From: Candidatus Fervidifonticultor secundus
GTDB lineage: Bacteria > Sysuimicrobiota > Sysuimicrobiia > Sysuimicrobiales > Humicultoraceae
Reading direction: 5' to 3'
Assembly (NCBI GenBank): GCA_031459385.1
Contig: JAVKIP010000001.1
Coordinates: 224,001 to 288,000 of the forward strand
DNA length: 64,000 bases
Position numbers and translations under genes: made by a program. Below are positions 43,192 to 52,741 of this stretch, piece by piece (the stretch's first letter is position 1; every line of letters starts with the position of its first letter). The notes beneath the pieces were generated by a model. That model was not told the origin of the DNA. It saw nothing but the letters and a program-made list of their open reading frames with translations, and searched no databases.

Positions 43192-44133
43192 ATGAAGTAC
43201 CGTCGCCTGGGCTCGTCCGGGCTGCAGGTCTCCGTGATCGGCGTGGGGTGCAACAACTTCGGCCGCGCCTGCGATGCGGTCCAGACTGCGCGCGTCGTGC
43301 ACGCAGCCCTGGACCAGGGCATCAACTTCTTCGACACGGCCGAGATCTACGGCCAGACGAAGTCCGAAGAGTTCCTCGGACAGGCGCTGGAGGGCCGGCG
43401 CGACGGGGCAGTGATCGGCACAAAGGTCGGCTGGGAGATCGGCCCCCATCCCAACGAGGGGGGCGCGTCGCGGCGGCGCATCCTCCAGGCGATCGAGGGC
43501 AGCCTGCGGCGCCTGCGGACGGACTACGTGGACCTTTACCAGATCCACCACTGGGATCCGCACACGCCCCTCGAGGAGGTGCTGGCGACGCTGGATACGC
43601 TGGTGCGGCAGGGCAAGGTGCGCTACATCGGCTGCTCCAACTTCGCCGCCTGGCAGCTGGTCTGGTCGCTCTGGGTCAGCGACCGCCGGGGCTTTGCGCC
43701 CTTCGTCTCGGTGCAGCCCCACTACAGCCTGCTGCACCGGGAGCCGGAGCGCGAGCTGCTACCGGCCTGCCAGGCGTTCGGCGTGGGGGTGATCCCCTAC
43801 TTCCCGCTGGCGGGTGGAATGCTCACGGGCAAGTATCGCGAGGACGCCCCACCGCCACCCGGCACGCGGTTCGAGACCCTGGAGCGGATGCGCACGCGCT
43901 TCGCCACGCCGCGGAACTTTGCCGTCGTGCGGGCGCTGGAGGCCTGGGTGCGGCCGCGGGGGCGCGCGCTGGCAGAACTGGCCATCGCCTGGTTGCTGGC
44001 CCGCCCGGCGGTCTGCACCGTCATCACGGGCGCAACGAAACCCGAGCAGATCGAGGCCAATGCGCGGGCGGCCGACTGGGACCTCACGGCCGCGGAGGTC
44101 GAGGAGGTGGCGGCGCTGGCGCCCGCACCGTAG
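43192..44133 (+). CDS. Aldo/keto reductase
   Basis: GCNNFG, FDTAEIYG, DLYQIH, IGCSNF, PYFPLAGG. Confidence 0.94.
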   Translation: MKYRRLGSSGLQVSVIGVGCNNFGRACDAVQTARVVHAALDQGINFFDTAEIYGQTKSEEFLGQALEGRRDGAVIGTKVGWEIGPHPNEGGASRRRILQAIEGSLRRLRTDYVDLYQIHHWDPHTPLEEVLATLDTLVRQGKVRYIGCSNFAAWQLVWSLWVSDRRGFAPFVSVQPHYSLLHREPERELLPACQAFGVGVIPYFPLAGGMLTGKYREDAPPPPGTRFETLERMRTRFATPRNFAVVRALEAWVRPRGRALAELAIAWLLARPAVCTVITGATKPEQIEANARAADWDLTAAEVEEVAALAPAP

Positions 44134-44168
44134 CGGCGGGCGCCAGCCCGGCAGCGGTTCCGGACCGG

Positions 44169-44348
44169 TCAGCGGGCCAGGAGCCCCAGCACGGGCAGGC
44201 CCAGCAGACCGTAGACGAGGATCAGGAAGATCCCCGCCACGAGTTCCTGCTCCTCCGGAACGCGGAGGGTGCGTAGGCTGTACCGGGTGAGGGAGAGGAC
44301 CGTCGCGATCGCGGCGGCGATCAGCAGCGGCAGCTTGAAGATCACCAT
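44169..44348 (-). CDS. Small two-TM hypothetical protein (59 aa)
   Basis: GGGAGG RBS, extended -10 TGGTATACT at 44384-44392, two hydrophobic stretches. Confidence 0.6.
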   Translation of the reverse strand: MVIFKLPLLIAAAIATVLSLTRYSLRTLRVPEEQELVAGIFLILVYGLLGLPVLGLLAR

Positions 44349-44503
44349 GGCGCCCTCCCGTCCAGCGGGGTACAGATGTCGGAAGTATACCACGGTACGG
44401 GAATGTGGCGCCCGCGCCGTGCAGGCCGGCACGCGTGCACATACGCCCGGAGAGGCTCCGTGCGTTCGCGCCGCGCGGACCGGCCTGGCGCAGCCGCAGT
44501 GTT

Positions 44504-44854
44504 CTAGCGGGCAGGCGCTTCCTTCGCCAGCACCCCGAACGCCAGCCAGGCGCTCAGAGCCAGCGCCGCGATGCCGCCGATCAGCGACGTCCACAGGACA
44601 GCCGGCGTGGCCGACAGCGCGAACACGAAGGGGAAGAGCACGAACCAGATGCCGGCCAGCCCGTTGACGTACTGCACCCACCGCTGCCGGCGGGCGTTCT
44701 CGTCGAGCGCGGCCCAGCCGCCCAGCACGAAGAGAATGGCTCCTCCGACGATACTCGTCCACATCGCCCCGGCCTGAGTGCTGTAGCCCACCACGAACGG
44801 GGCGATGACGAACCACAGACCGATGAGCGCGTTGACCGCGTTGGGCCACGTCAT
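44504..44854 (-). CDS. SPW-repeat membrane protein
   Basis: Two W..VN.L.G.W...PFV repeats; GGAGG RBS. Confidence 0.8.
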   Translation of the reverse strand: MTWPNAVNALIGLWFVIAPFVVGYSTQAGAMWTSIVGGAILFVLGGWAALDENARRQRWVQYVNGLAGIWFVLFPFVFALSATPAVLWTSLIGGIAALALSAWLAFGVLAKEAPAR

Positions 44855-44924
44855 CCGACCTCACCTCCTGTGCACGCGATTGAGGCTCCGCCGGCCGGTC
44901 CCGCGCGGCGTCCAGCTTGCGCTT

Positions 44925-44967
44925 CTATTGTAATACCAAGGACCATTGTCAAGTCTATACCTTGACA
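44925..44967. promoter_or_regulatory. AT-rich promoter/operator with inverted repeat TGTCAAG-N7-CTTGACA
   Basis: Perfect 7-bp IR at 44947-44967 upstream of the SPW gene; TACAAT on the minus strand. Confidence 0.55.
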
Positions 44968-45074
44968 GGTTCCACCCCTCCCGCGCCGGCGAGGCCCGCC
45001 CGCAGGGCGCCGGTCCCCGGGCGGCTCCGGGAGGCTGCGCCGCGACCTGCCCCCGCGGCGTGCACTCCTGGGCG

Positions 45075-46559
45075 TCAGGCCGGGCCCACGTACGTGCGGA
45101 TCGACTTCGTCTCCAGGTACGCCGCCAGCCCTTCCGCGCCCAGTTCCCGGCCGAGGCCGCTGTCCTTGACCCCGCCGAAAGGCGTCTCGGGCACCGAGAG
45201 CGGCTTGTAGTTCACCCAGACGATGCCGCTCTCGATGCCAGCCACGAACCGCTCGATGCGTTTCGCGCTCTCGGTCCACACCCCGGCACCCAGGCCGTAC
45301 GGGGTGCCGTTGCACGCCGCGATGGCCTCCTCCAGGGTGCCGACGCGCCGCACGGGCAGGACCGGCCCGAACACCTCCTCGGTCCACGCCCGGGCACCCT
45401 CGGGCACGTCGGCGAGCACCGTGGGTTCGAAGAAATGGCCCCGCTCCAGCCCCGCGCCGCTGGCGCGCCGACCGCCAGTCACCACGCGCGCGCCGGCGCC
45501 GAGGGCGTCGGCGACGACCTGTTCCATCTCGTCGCGGGCCCGGGCGGTGTGCAGCGGGCCCATGTCGGTCTGCGGGTCGAGCCCGTCGCCGAGACGCAGC
45601 CGCCGGGTCTCCTCGGCCAGCAGCGTCAGGAACCGGTCGTAGACCGCCTCGAAGACGAACAGCCGCTTCACCGACGTACAGGACTGGCCGCAGTTGCGGA
45701 ACCGGCCGGACCGCACGATCGTCTGGGCTGCCAGTGGCAGGTCGGCGTCGTCGCAGACCACGGTGGGGTCGCTGCCGCCCAGCTCGAGGGTGACGTGCTT
45801 GAGGTGCTCGGTGGCCATCTTGTAGACGTGCCTGCCCACCTGCGTTGAGCCGGTGAAGGCGATCTTGCGGATCGCCGGGTGCATCACGATCTCGTCACCC
45901 ACAGTGGCCGCGGGACCGGTGACGCACGACGCGATCCCGGCGGGTATGCCGGCCTCCTGCAGGAGCGCCGTCAGGCGCAGGTCGACCAGGGGCGTCGTGG
46001 CCGCGGGCTTGACGATCACGGCGTTCCCGGCCATGAGGGCCGGCGCGACCTTCCAGGCGTAGAGCGAGACCGGGAAGTTGAAGGGCAGGATCGCGGCGCA
46101 GACGCCGATGGGCTCCTTGCGGGTCTCGACCTTGACGATGCTGTCGCCGTCGCGGACGTACTTCACCTCGCCGGCGATCTTGCCGCCGTAGCCGGCATAG
46201 TACTCGAAGGTGTTGATGAGGCTGTCGAGTTCCGCGATAGACTCGCGGTAGATTTTCCCCTGCTCGCGGGTGAGCAGGCGCGCCAGGGCATCCTTGTGCT
46301 GCTCGACCAGTTCGCAGAAGCGCAGCAGCACCCGGCCGCGCCGGCGGGATTCGTGGGCGCGGGACCACCACGACGTCTCCAGGGCCGCGCGCGCGGCCTC
46401 GGCGGCGCGGCGGACGTCCTGGCGGTCGCCCCGCGGTGCCCACCCGACGATCTCGTCGGTGTCCGCAGGGTTGCGCACCTCGAACACCTCGCCGCTGGCG
46501 GCCTGGACCTCGCGGCCGTCGATGATCATGTCGTAGCGCTGCGGCGCGGTCGCGCGCAT
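45075..46559 (-). CDS. NAD(P)-dependent aldehyde dehydrogenase
   Basis: PFNFP, FTGST, LELGG, GQSC, EEVFGP, PFGGVK.SG.GRE. Confidence 0.94.
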   Translation of the reverse strand: MRATAPQRYDMIIDGREVQAASGEVFEVRNPADTDEIVGWAPRGDRQDVRRAAEAARAALETSWWSRAHESRRRGRVLLRFCELVEQHKDALARLLTREQGKIYRESIAELDSLINTFEYYAGYGGKIAGEVKYVRDGDSIVKVETRKEPIGVCAAILPFNFPVSLYAWKVAPALMAGNAVIVKPAATTPLVDLRLTALLQEAGIPAGIASCVTGPAATVGDEIVMHPAIRKIAFTGSTQVGRHVYKMATEHLKHVTLELGGSDPTVVCDDADLPLAAQTIVRSGRFRNCGQSCTSVKRLFVFEAVYDRFLTLLAEETRRLRLGDGLDPQTDMGPLHTARARDEMEQVVADALGAGARVVTGGRRASGAGLERGHFFEPTVLADVPEGARAWTEEVFGPVLPVRRVGTLEEAIAACNGTPYGLGAGVWTESAKRIERFVAGIESGIVWVNYKPLSVPETPFGGVKDSGLGRELGAEGLAAYLETKSIRTYVGPA

Positions 46560-46663
46560 CGATCGTCCCCCCGGAGAGCGAGCGTCTTGGTCTCGATGGT
46601 AGCGGAGCGGCGGTGCCGTGTCGAGCAAGTGCTGCGGCCGCGACCGTCGAACCTCCCCAAGGG

Positions 46664-47923
46664 ATGCAGGTGGCAGTGATCGCCGACGACTTGACCGGGG
46701 CGTGCGCCACCGGTGCCCTCCTGGTGCCACTGGGCCGCGTGCAGGTCATCTGGGACGTCTCCCCGTCCTGGCTGCGGGCCGTGGGCAGGAGCGCGCCGGA
46801 GGCGCTCGTCGTCTGCACCGACTCGCGGCCCGCGCCGCCTGACGTCGCCGCGGGCCGCACGGTGGCCGCCGCGACCGCCCTGCGGGCGCTGGGCGCGGCG
46901 CTGGTGGCCAAACGCATCGACTCGACGCTGCGTGGGTGGATCGGGCAGGAACTGCGGGCGCTCCTCGAAGTGCTGCCAGGCCGCGCGGTCGTGGTGGCGG
47001 CCGCGCCCGCTGCGGGGCGCACGGTCACAGGCGGTGTGGTCCACGTGCACGGCGTGCCGCTCGATCGCGCCGAAGGCGTCCGCGGGCCCGATGGCCCCGC
47101 GCGCGCCCACGTCCCCACGCTGGTGGCGGCCCAGGCCGAGATGGACGTCGCCCACGTGCCGCTCGAGACGGTCCGCCAGGGTGGGCAGGCCGTGCGCGCC
47201 GTGCTCGAGGCGTTCCACGGCCGTATCGTCGTGGCCGACGCCGAGACCGACGCCGACCTGGCGCGCATCGCCCGCGCCTGCGACGGGCTGCCGGTCATCC
47301 CCACCGATCCGGGACCGTTCACCGCAGCCGTGGCGCGCCGCCGCGCTGCGGGCGCGGGCCCGCCAGGCGGTGGAGGCCATGGCCTCGTGCGCCCCACGGC
47401 CGTGCGGGTCCTGGTGCTGGCGGGGAGTCCCACGGCCCTGGTGGCGCGCCAGGTGGATGCGCTGGCGCGAGAGACGGGCACGGACGTCGTCCGGCTGGAT
47501 CCGGCGCGCGCGGCCGACCCCGCGCACCGTGCCGACCTGGCCGACCGGGCCCGCGGCCTGCTGGACCGCGCGGCGGTGGCCGTCGTCCATGCCAGCGCGG
47601 GCGACCACCCTGCTGCGCCCGGGCGTGCTGTGGCCGGTGCGCTCGGCGAGGTCGCCGCCCGCGTGCTGGAGGCCACGGCCCCGGGCCTGGGGCTGGTCGC
47701 CACCGGGGGCGACGTGGCGCTCGCGGTCTGCCGCGCGCTCGGCGCGAGCGCCATCGAGGTGCTGGGCGAGGTGCTCCCGTTGTGCGCGGCCGGGCGCCTC
47801 CTGTATGGTCGCCATGAGGGCACGCCGATCGTCACCAAGGGCGGGATGGTCGGCGCCGACGACGCGCTGGTGCGCGCTTGGCGCGCGCTCCGGGAAGGGT
47901 GGGTCCCTGCGTGGAGCCCGTGA
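46664..47923 (+). CDS. Four-carbon acid-sugar kinase (DUF1537; DtnK/DenK-like)
   Basis: IADDLTGA, KRIDSTLRG, TGGD, TKGG; coupled to a PdxA-type gene. Confidence 0.88.
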   Translation: MQVAVIADDLTGACATGALLVPLGRVQVIWDVSPSWLRAVGRSAPEALVVCTDSRPAPPDVAAGRTVAAATALRALGAALVAKRIDSTLRGWIGQELRALLEVLPGRAVVVAAAPAAGRTVTGGVVHVHGVPLDRAEGVRGPDGPARAHVPTLVAAQAEMDVAHVPLETVRQGGQAVRAVLEAFHGRIVVADAETDADLARIARACDGLPVIPTDPGPFTAAVARRRAAGAGPPGGGGHGLVRPTAVRVLVLAGSPTALVARQVDALARETGTDVVRLDPARAADPAHRADLADRARGLLDRAAVAVVHASAGDHPAAPGRAVAGALGEVAARVLEATAPGLGLVATGGDVALAVCRALGASAIEVLGEVLPLCAAGRLLYGRHEGTPIVTKGGMVGADDALVRAWRALREGWVPAWSP

Positions 47924-48897
47924 TCGGCGTGACGATGGGCGATCCGGCCGGCATCGGGCCGGAGATCGTGGCGAAAGCCGCCGTGCGGCCGGACGTGTTG
48001 GCGCACGCGCGCCCCCTGATCGTCGGCAGCGCCGCGCACCTGGCGCGGACCGTCGCCGCGCTGGGCCTGCGCGCCGACGTGGCAGTCGCCGGTGCGCCCG
48101 GGCCGGGGCGCATCGTCGTGCACGACGTGGCCATCCCGGCCCTCGACGGGCTGCGCATGGGCGTCGTGCAGGCCACGGCGGGCCGGGCGGCGGCCGCCTA
48201 TGTGGAGGCCGCGGTGCGCCTGGCGCTGGACGGTCGCGTCGCGGCCGTGGCGACGGCTCCCCTGCACAAGGAGGCGCTGTGGGCTGCGGGCTACCCGTAT
48301 CCCGGGCACACCGAGATGCTGGAAGCCCTGACGCAGAGCCCCTACAGCCTGACGATGTTCCAGGTACGGGGACTGCGCATCTTCTTCCTCACCCGCCACC
48401 TGGCGCTGCGCGAGGCGATCGCGCAGATCACGGCCGACCGCACGGTGCAGATGCTGGAGCGGATGCAGAACGCGCTGGCCCGCCTGGGAATGCCGCAGCC
48501 GCGGATCGCCGTGGCCGCGCTGAATCCCCACGCCGGGGAGGGCGGGCACCTGGGCACCGAAGAGCGCGAGCACTTAGGCCCGGCCGTTGCCGAGGCGCGG
48601 CGTCGCGGGCTGGATGTCACCGGGCCCGTGCCGGCCGATACCGTGTTCGCCCAGGCCCTCGAGGGACGCTACGACGCGGTGCTCGCGCTCTACCACGACC
48701 AGGGGCACATCGCCGCCAAGACCCTGGACTTCCACGGCACGGTGAGCGTGACCCTGGGCCTGCCCTTCATTCGCACGTCGGTCGACCACGGCACGGCGTT
48801 CGATATCGCGGGCAAGGGCGTCGCGCGCGAGGACAGCATGGCCGCAGCGATCGTGGCGGCGGCCCGGCTCGCGCGTGCGGGCGTGGTCGCCCGCTAG
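47911..48897 (+). CDS. pdxA2: PdxA-family dehydrogenase (PdxA2; threonate/erythronate 4-phosphate dehydrogenase-like)
   Basis: MGDPAGIGPE, GHTE, LNPHAGE, YHDQGH, RTSVDHGTA. Confidence 0.88.
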   Translation: MEPVIGVTMGDPAGIGPEIVAKAAVRPDVLAHARPLIVGSAAHLARTVAALGLRADVAVAGAPGPGRIVVHDVAIPALDGLRMGVVQATAGRAAAAYVEAAVRLALDGRVAAVATAPLHKEALWAAGYPYPGHTEMLEALTQSPYSLTMFQVRGLRIFFLTRHLALREAIAQITADRTVQMLERMQNALARLGMPQPRIAVAALNPHAGEGGHLGTEEREHLGPAVAEARRRGLDVTGPVPADTVFAQALEGRYDAVLALYHDQGHIAAKTLDFHGTVSVTLGLPFIRTSVDHGTAFDIAGKGVAREDSMAAAIVAAARLARAGVVAR

Positions 48898-48982
48898 CGC
48901 TAAGGGGAAGGCCAGACGCCGTCGCTTTCACCAGCGGCCGCCGCTTCGACCAGCGGCCATCACGCATACCGGCGATCCCCGC

Positions 48983-49522
48983 TCACACCGGCGGCGCGTC
49001 GGCCCCTAGCCGCCGCATCACGCCTTCCACGAACGCGGCACGCTGCGGGTCGAGGCGCACGAGGTCGCTGCGGGCGTGGTCGACCGGCACCGCGCTGGCT
49101 GTGGCGGTCCACCACGCTTCGAAGTCCTGCGCCCACCCTTCCTCCGGCCGCTCGGCGCTGTACGCGTCCAGCAGCCGGCCGGCGTGCCGGGCGGCCTCCC
49201 ACAGCGGGAAGTACCCCTGCCAGCGCTCCTGCGGCGTCAGCAGCAGGTACCACACGGCGTGGCCGAGCTCGTGCAGGTCGCCGCGGTACGTGCCGTACCC
49301 TGCGTGGCGGCCGGCCGCGATCGCCTCGGTCATGGCCAGCACGCGCCCGGGCGGGAAGTAGAACGCCGGGCCGGACCAGATCGCCGGGTTGGCGCCGTCC
49401 ACGCGGACGTCGTCACCGCGCTGGACGCTCACGGTCATCCCCTGCGCCAGGCACGCGTCCACCAGCGGCCGCAGCGGCTGCCAGCGGTGCCGCAGCGCCT
49501 CGGGCAGGTCGTCCCAGGTCAT
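48983..49522 (-). CDS. Hypothetical zincin-like metallopeptidase
   Basis: HELGH plus downstream AYS...EEGWAQDF. Confidence 0.6.
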   Translation of the reverse strand: MTWDDLPEALRHRWQPLRPLVDACLAQGMTVSVQRGDDVRVDGANPAIWSGPAFYFPPGRVLAMTEAIAAGRHAGYGTYRGDLHELGHAVWYLLLTPQERWQGYFPLWEAARHAGRLLDAYSAERPEEGWAQDFEAWWTATASAVPVDHARSDLVRLDPQRAAFVEGVMRRLGADAPPV

Positions 49523-49551
49523 GCGCGGCGCCGGGCCGCGGCGGGGCGCGG

Positions 49552-50037
49552 TCAGATCAGCCAGGGCAGCAGCCGCCTCGTGCGGGCGCGGTAGGCAGCG
49601 TACTCGGGGAAGCGCTCGAGGAGCCAGTGCTCTTCCCTGCGCGCCTTCGCGTCCAGGTAGAGCGCCAGCGCGGCAGCCAGCGTCAGGTGGACGCCGCTGG
49701 CGCGCCACAGCGCCCATCCGGCCGCGGCCACGATGAGGCCTCCGTAGATGGGGTGCCGCGTGCGGGCGTACGTCCCGGTTTGGACCAGCACGGCCCGACG
49801 CCGTGGCCGGGGGAAGGGGCTCAGGCTCGGGCCGAGGTCGTGGACCGCCCGCGCCGCGTAGGCCAGCCCGACGACGACCAGCAGGGCGCCGGCGACGGCC
49901 AGCACATCCCGCACCGGCCCGCTCCACGTCCACCCGGGGCGCGCCAGCACCACGGCCAGCACGAGCGCCCCCTGGCCAGCGACCCACCACTCGCCGCGGG
50001 TGCCTTTCCACCACGGCCGGTGCTCTGACGTGCTCAT
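49552..50037 (-). CDS. Isoprenylcysteine carboxylmethyltransferase/PEMT family membrane methyltransferase
   Basis: LVQTGTY..TRHPIY, REE..L...FPEY..Y...TRRLLP. Confidence 0.88.
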   Translation of the reverse strand: MSTSEHRPWWKGTRGEWWVAGQGALVLAVVLARPGWTWSGPVRDVLAVAGALLVVVGLAYAARAVHDLGPSLSPFPRPRRRAVLVQTGTYARTRHPIYGGLIVAAAGWALWRASGVHLTLAAALALYLDAKARREEHWLLERFPEYAAYRARTRRLLPWLI

Positions 50038-50249
50038 GCGGGTGCGCATACGCCGACCGGCCTCCCGGCGTGGGATTCGCCGCGCCGGGAGCAGTTCCCA
50101 CCGGGTACCGCCCGCCATGCCAGCCCCCCGCGTCACAGACCGGGCCCGCGGCCCCGGGGGTGCCGGCGGGGACGGTGCGGCGTGGCCGCGAACTGCCCCA
50201 GGGACCTGCGCGCCCGCAGACCGGCCGCGCGGTCCGCGGGGAGGATGCG

Positions 50250-50669
50250 ATGAGACGGCAGAACATCAGCAGCGACGCGCCCTGGGAAGCCCTGGTCGGC
50301 TACTCGCGCGCGGTGCGCGTCGGAGACGCCGTGTACGTCTCGGGCACCACGGCGACCGGGCCGGGCGGGACCCTCGTGGGGGGCGACGACGCGTACACGC
50401 AGACCATGCAGGCGCTGCACAACATCGACGTAGCCCTGCGCGCGGCCGGCGCGACGCTGCGCGACGTGGTGCGCACGCGGATCTACGTCACCGACATCGC
50501 GCGCTGGCCAGAGGTGGGCCGGGCGCACGCGGAGGTGTTCGGCGACGTGCGCCCGGCCACGAGCATGGTCGAGGTGCGCCGGCTGATCGCCCCCGAGATG
50601 CTGGTCGAGGTCGAGGCGGATGCGGTTCTGGGCGCCGGCGGTGCGCTGCCCGGCGCGCCGGCGCGCTGA
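50250..50669 (+). CDS. RidA/YjgF family protein
   Basis: [27 protein letters not shown]. Confidence 0.92.
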   Translation: MRRQNISSDAPWEALVGYSRAVRVGDAVYVSGTTATGPGGTLVGGDDAYTQTMQALHNIDVALRAAGATLRDVVRTRIYVTDIARWPEVGRAHAEVFGDVRPATSMVEVRRLIAPEMLVEVEADAVLGAGGALPGAPAR

Positions 50670-50674
50670 GCGCC

Positions 50675-51376
50675 GTGGCACCCGTGCGGCCGCTGCACAC
50701 GACCTTCGATATCAAGGTGCAGTGGCGCGTTGCCGCCGACGGCGCGGCGGTGCAGCGGCGTCTGCCCGCGCCGTGGCGGCCGGCGCCTGCGGCCGGCGGT
50801 CCGCACGCCGGCGCCAACCTGCTCCTGGTCTTCTCCGAGGTCCTGCTCCGCCTGGACCATGACGGCCGGCCGGCACCGGCCGCGCAGGGGTGCCACCTGG
50901 CGGTCCTGGCTCCCGCCGCGCACCCGGGGGGCGAGCGCGCGACGTTCCTGCTGGCGATGTGGACCGCGCACCCGCAGGGTGTCCCGGGGCCCCTGGGGCT
51001 GGCGCAGCCCGCGGCCGTGCGGCACGAGCAGGCGCTGCAGGCCGGAGCGCCCGACGCCACGTGCGAGGAGCGCTACGAGGTGACGCCGCAGGCCGGCGGG
51101 AGCGTGCGCCTGGCGGTGCGCTACCGCCGCGGCCTGCCCCAGCACGTTACCTGGCCGACCGTGCTGCGGTCGGCCGTCGCGCCCGAGGTCGCGCGCCGGT
51201 ACGAGAACGAGGCCCTGCTGGACGTCGTGCGCAGCGAACCCGCAGGCATCGACCGCGTCGAGGCGTTCCACGTCGCCGCGGACGTGGCCGCCCTGGCAGA
51301 CCTGCTGGACGGACGCCAGCGTCTGATCAGCGTTACGGCCGTGCCCTGGTTCGTGCGGCGCGAATACGCGCGCTGA
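50675..51376 (+). CDS. Hypothetical protein
   Basis: GC3-biased ORF directly after the RidA gene; no recognised motif. Confidence 0.6.
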   Translation: MAPVRPLHTTFDIKVQWRVAADGAAVQRRLPAPWRPAPAAGGPHAGANLLLVFSEVLLRLDHDGRPAPAAQGCHLAVLAPAAHPGGERATFLLAMWTAHPQGVPGPLGLAQPAAVRHEQALQAGAPDATCEERYEVTPQAGGSVRLAVRYRRGLPQHVTWPTVLRSAVAPEVARRYENEALLDVVRSEPAGIDRVEAFHVAADVAALADLLDGRQRLISVTAVPWFVRREYAR

Positions 51377-51459
51377 GCGGTCCGTGCTGGTCGGCGCGGG
51401 CCCGGGGTCCGCACCGACCCTGGTGGCGCCGATCCCGCGCGCCCGGCTGCGGCGGCGGG

Positions 51460-52365
51460 CTACCGGTGCGGCGCGGGCCAGCGCGCCAGCGCCACCCCGG
51501 CCAGGATTACCACCGCGCCTGCCAGCTGCTGCAGCCCGAACGACTCGCGCAGCCCCAGCACCGCGGCGACGACGCCGACCACCGGCATCAGGTAGCTGTA
51601 GGCGGTCGCCCGCGTGGGGCCCAGCCGGCGGATGCCCTCGTACCAGCACAGGTAGCCCAGCGTGCCGGCGCCCAGCGCCGCGTAGAGCAGCGCGCTCCAG
51701 GCCGCGGGCGAGAGGGCCCACGACTGGCGGGCGAGCTCTGGCGCGCCGGCGAGCAGCAGCAGCACCGTGCCCGCGCTCATCGAGACCGCCATCACCGTCA
51801 GCGTGCTGTAGCGCCGGTACAGGGGAAAGATCATCACGGGCGTCACGCCGTACGACCACGCCGCCAGCAGGGTGAGCAGGTCGCCCCGCAGGTGGAGCCG
51901 CGAGAGGTGACCGCTGGCGTCCACCAGGACCGCCACCCCGAGCGCGGCCAGGCCGATGCCGGCCACCTGGCGCCCGGTGAGGCGCTCTGCGCCGGTGGCC
52001 CATACCAGCAGCGTCGTGATCACCGGCGAGGTGTTGATGATGAGCACCGAGTTGCTGGCGGTGGTGTCCTTCAGCCCCAGGCCGAAGAAGATCTGGTAGA
52101 GGCCCACGTGGCACAGGCCGACCACCACGGTCCGCGGGACGTCGCCGCGCGCCACGCGCAGCGGCTGGCGCAGCGCCGCCACCACCAGCGCCAGGGCCGC
52201 CGAGGCCAGCACGAACCGCACCGCGGCGAAGGCCAGCGGGGTCAGCTCGTCGTAGGCCGACTTGATGACGGCGAACGACGCGCCCCAGAGGACGACCGTG
52301 GTGAGGGCGAAGACGTCGCCGAGGCCGAACGGCCGGCCGGTGCGCGCTGGTGCGGCTGGCGCCAT
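51460..52365 (-). CDS. DMT/EamA family transporter
   Basis: WGASF..IK, two EamA repeats, LMPVVG. Confidence 0.92.
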   Translation of the reverse strand: MAPAAPARTGRPFGLGDVFALTTVVLWGASFAVIKSAYDELTPLAFAAVRFVLASAALALVVAALRQPLRVARGDVPRTVVVGLCHVGLYQIFFGLGLKDTTASNSVLIINTSPVITTLLVWATGAERLTGRQVAGIGLAALGVAVLVDASGHLSRLHLRGDLLTLLAAWSYGVTPVMIFPLYRRYSTLTVMAVSMSAGTVLLLLAGAPELARQSWALSPAAWSALLYAALGAGTLGYLCWYEGIRRLGPTRATAYSYLMPVVGVVAAVLGLRESFGLQQLAGAVVILAGVALARWPAPHR

Positions 52366-52368
52366 GCG

Positions 52369-52731
52369 TCAGCCCTTGAGCGCCCCGGCCAGCAGGCCCC
52401 GCACGAAGTACCGTCCGAGCACCGGGAGCACCTCGCCGAACGCCTTGAGGCCGTTGTTCACCAGCACGTACACGGGCAGCAGGTACAGTGCCGTGAACCC
52501 CGCCAGCACCAGGTAGAGCACCGCCCGCCCCAGCCGCGCGCTACGCCGCAGGTCTCGATGAGCTCGGGCCGCCGTGGACCTGGAAGCTGTCGGGGGATCG
52601 CCCCCCTGCATGCGCGACTTCAGCACTGCCTTGGCGTTGGTGCCCGCGCCCCCGGCCACGGTGGCGTTGATGATCTCCACCCTGGGGTGCCGCTTCCTGT
52701 AGACCTCGAACATGGCGGCCAGGCCGTCGGT
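52369..52731 (-). pseudogene. Mosaic remnant of a carbohydrate ABC operon (binding-protein fragment plus permease fragments)
   Basis: [29 protein letters not shown] (binding protein), [15 protein letters not shown] (permease N-part), [14 protein letters not shown] (permease C-end) within about 360 bp. Confidence 0.75.
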
Positions 52732-52741
52732 CGCAGGGGTG

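Noticed and set aside
47911..48897. Vitamin B6 biosynthesis pdxA
   Set aside because: Coupling to a DUF1537 kinase indicates the catabolic PdxA2 role
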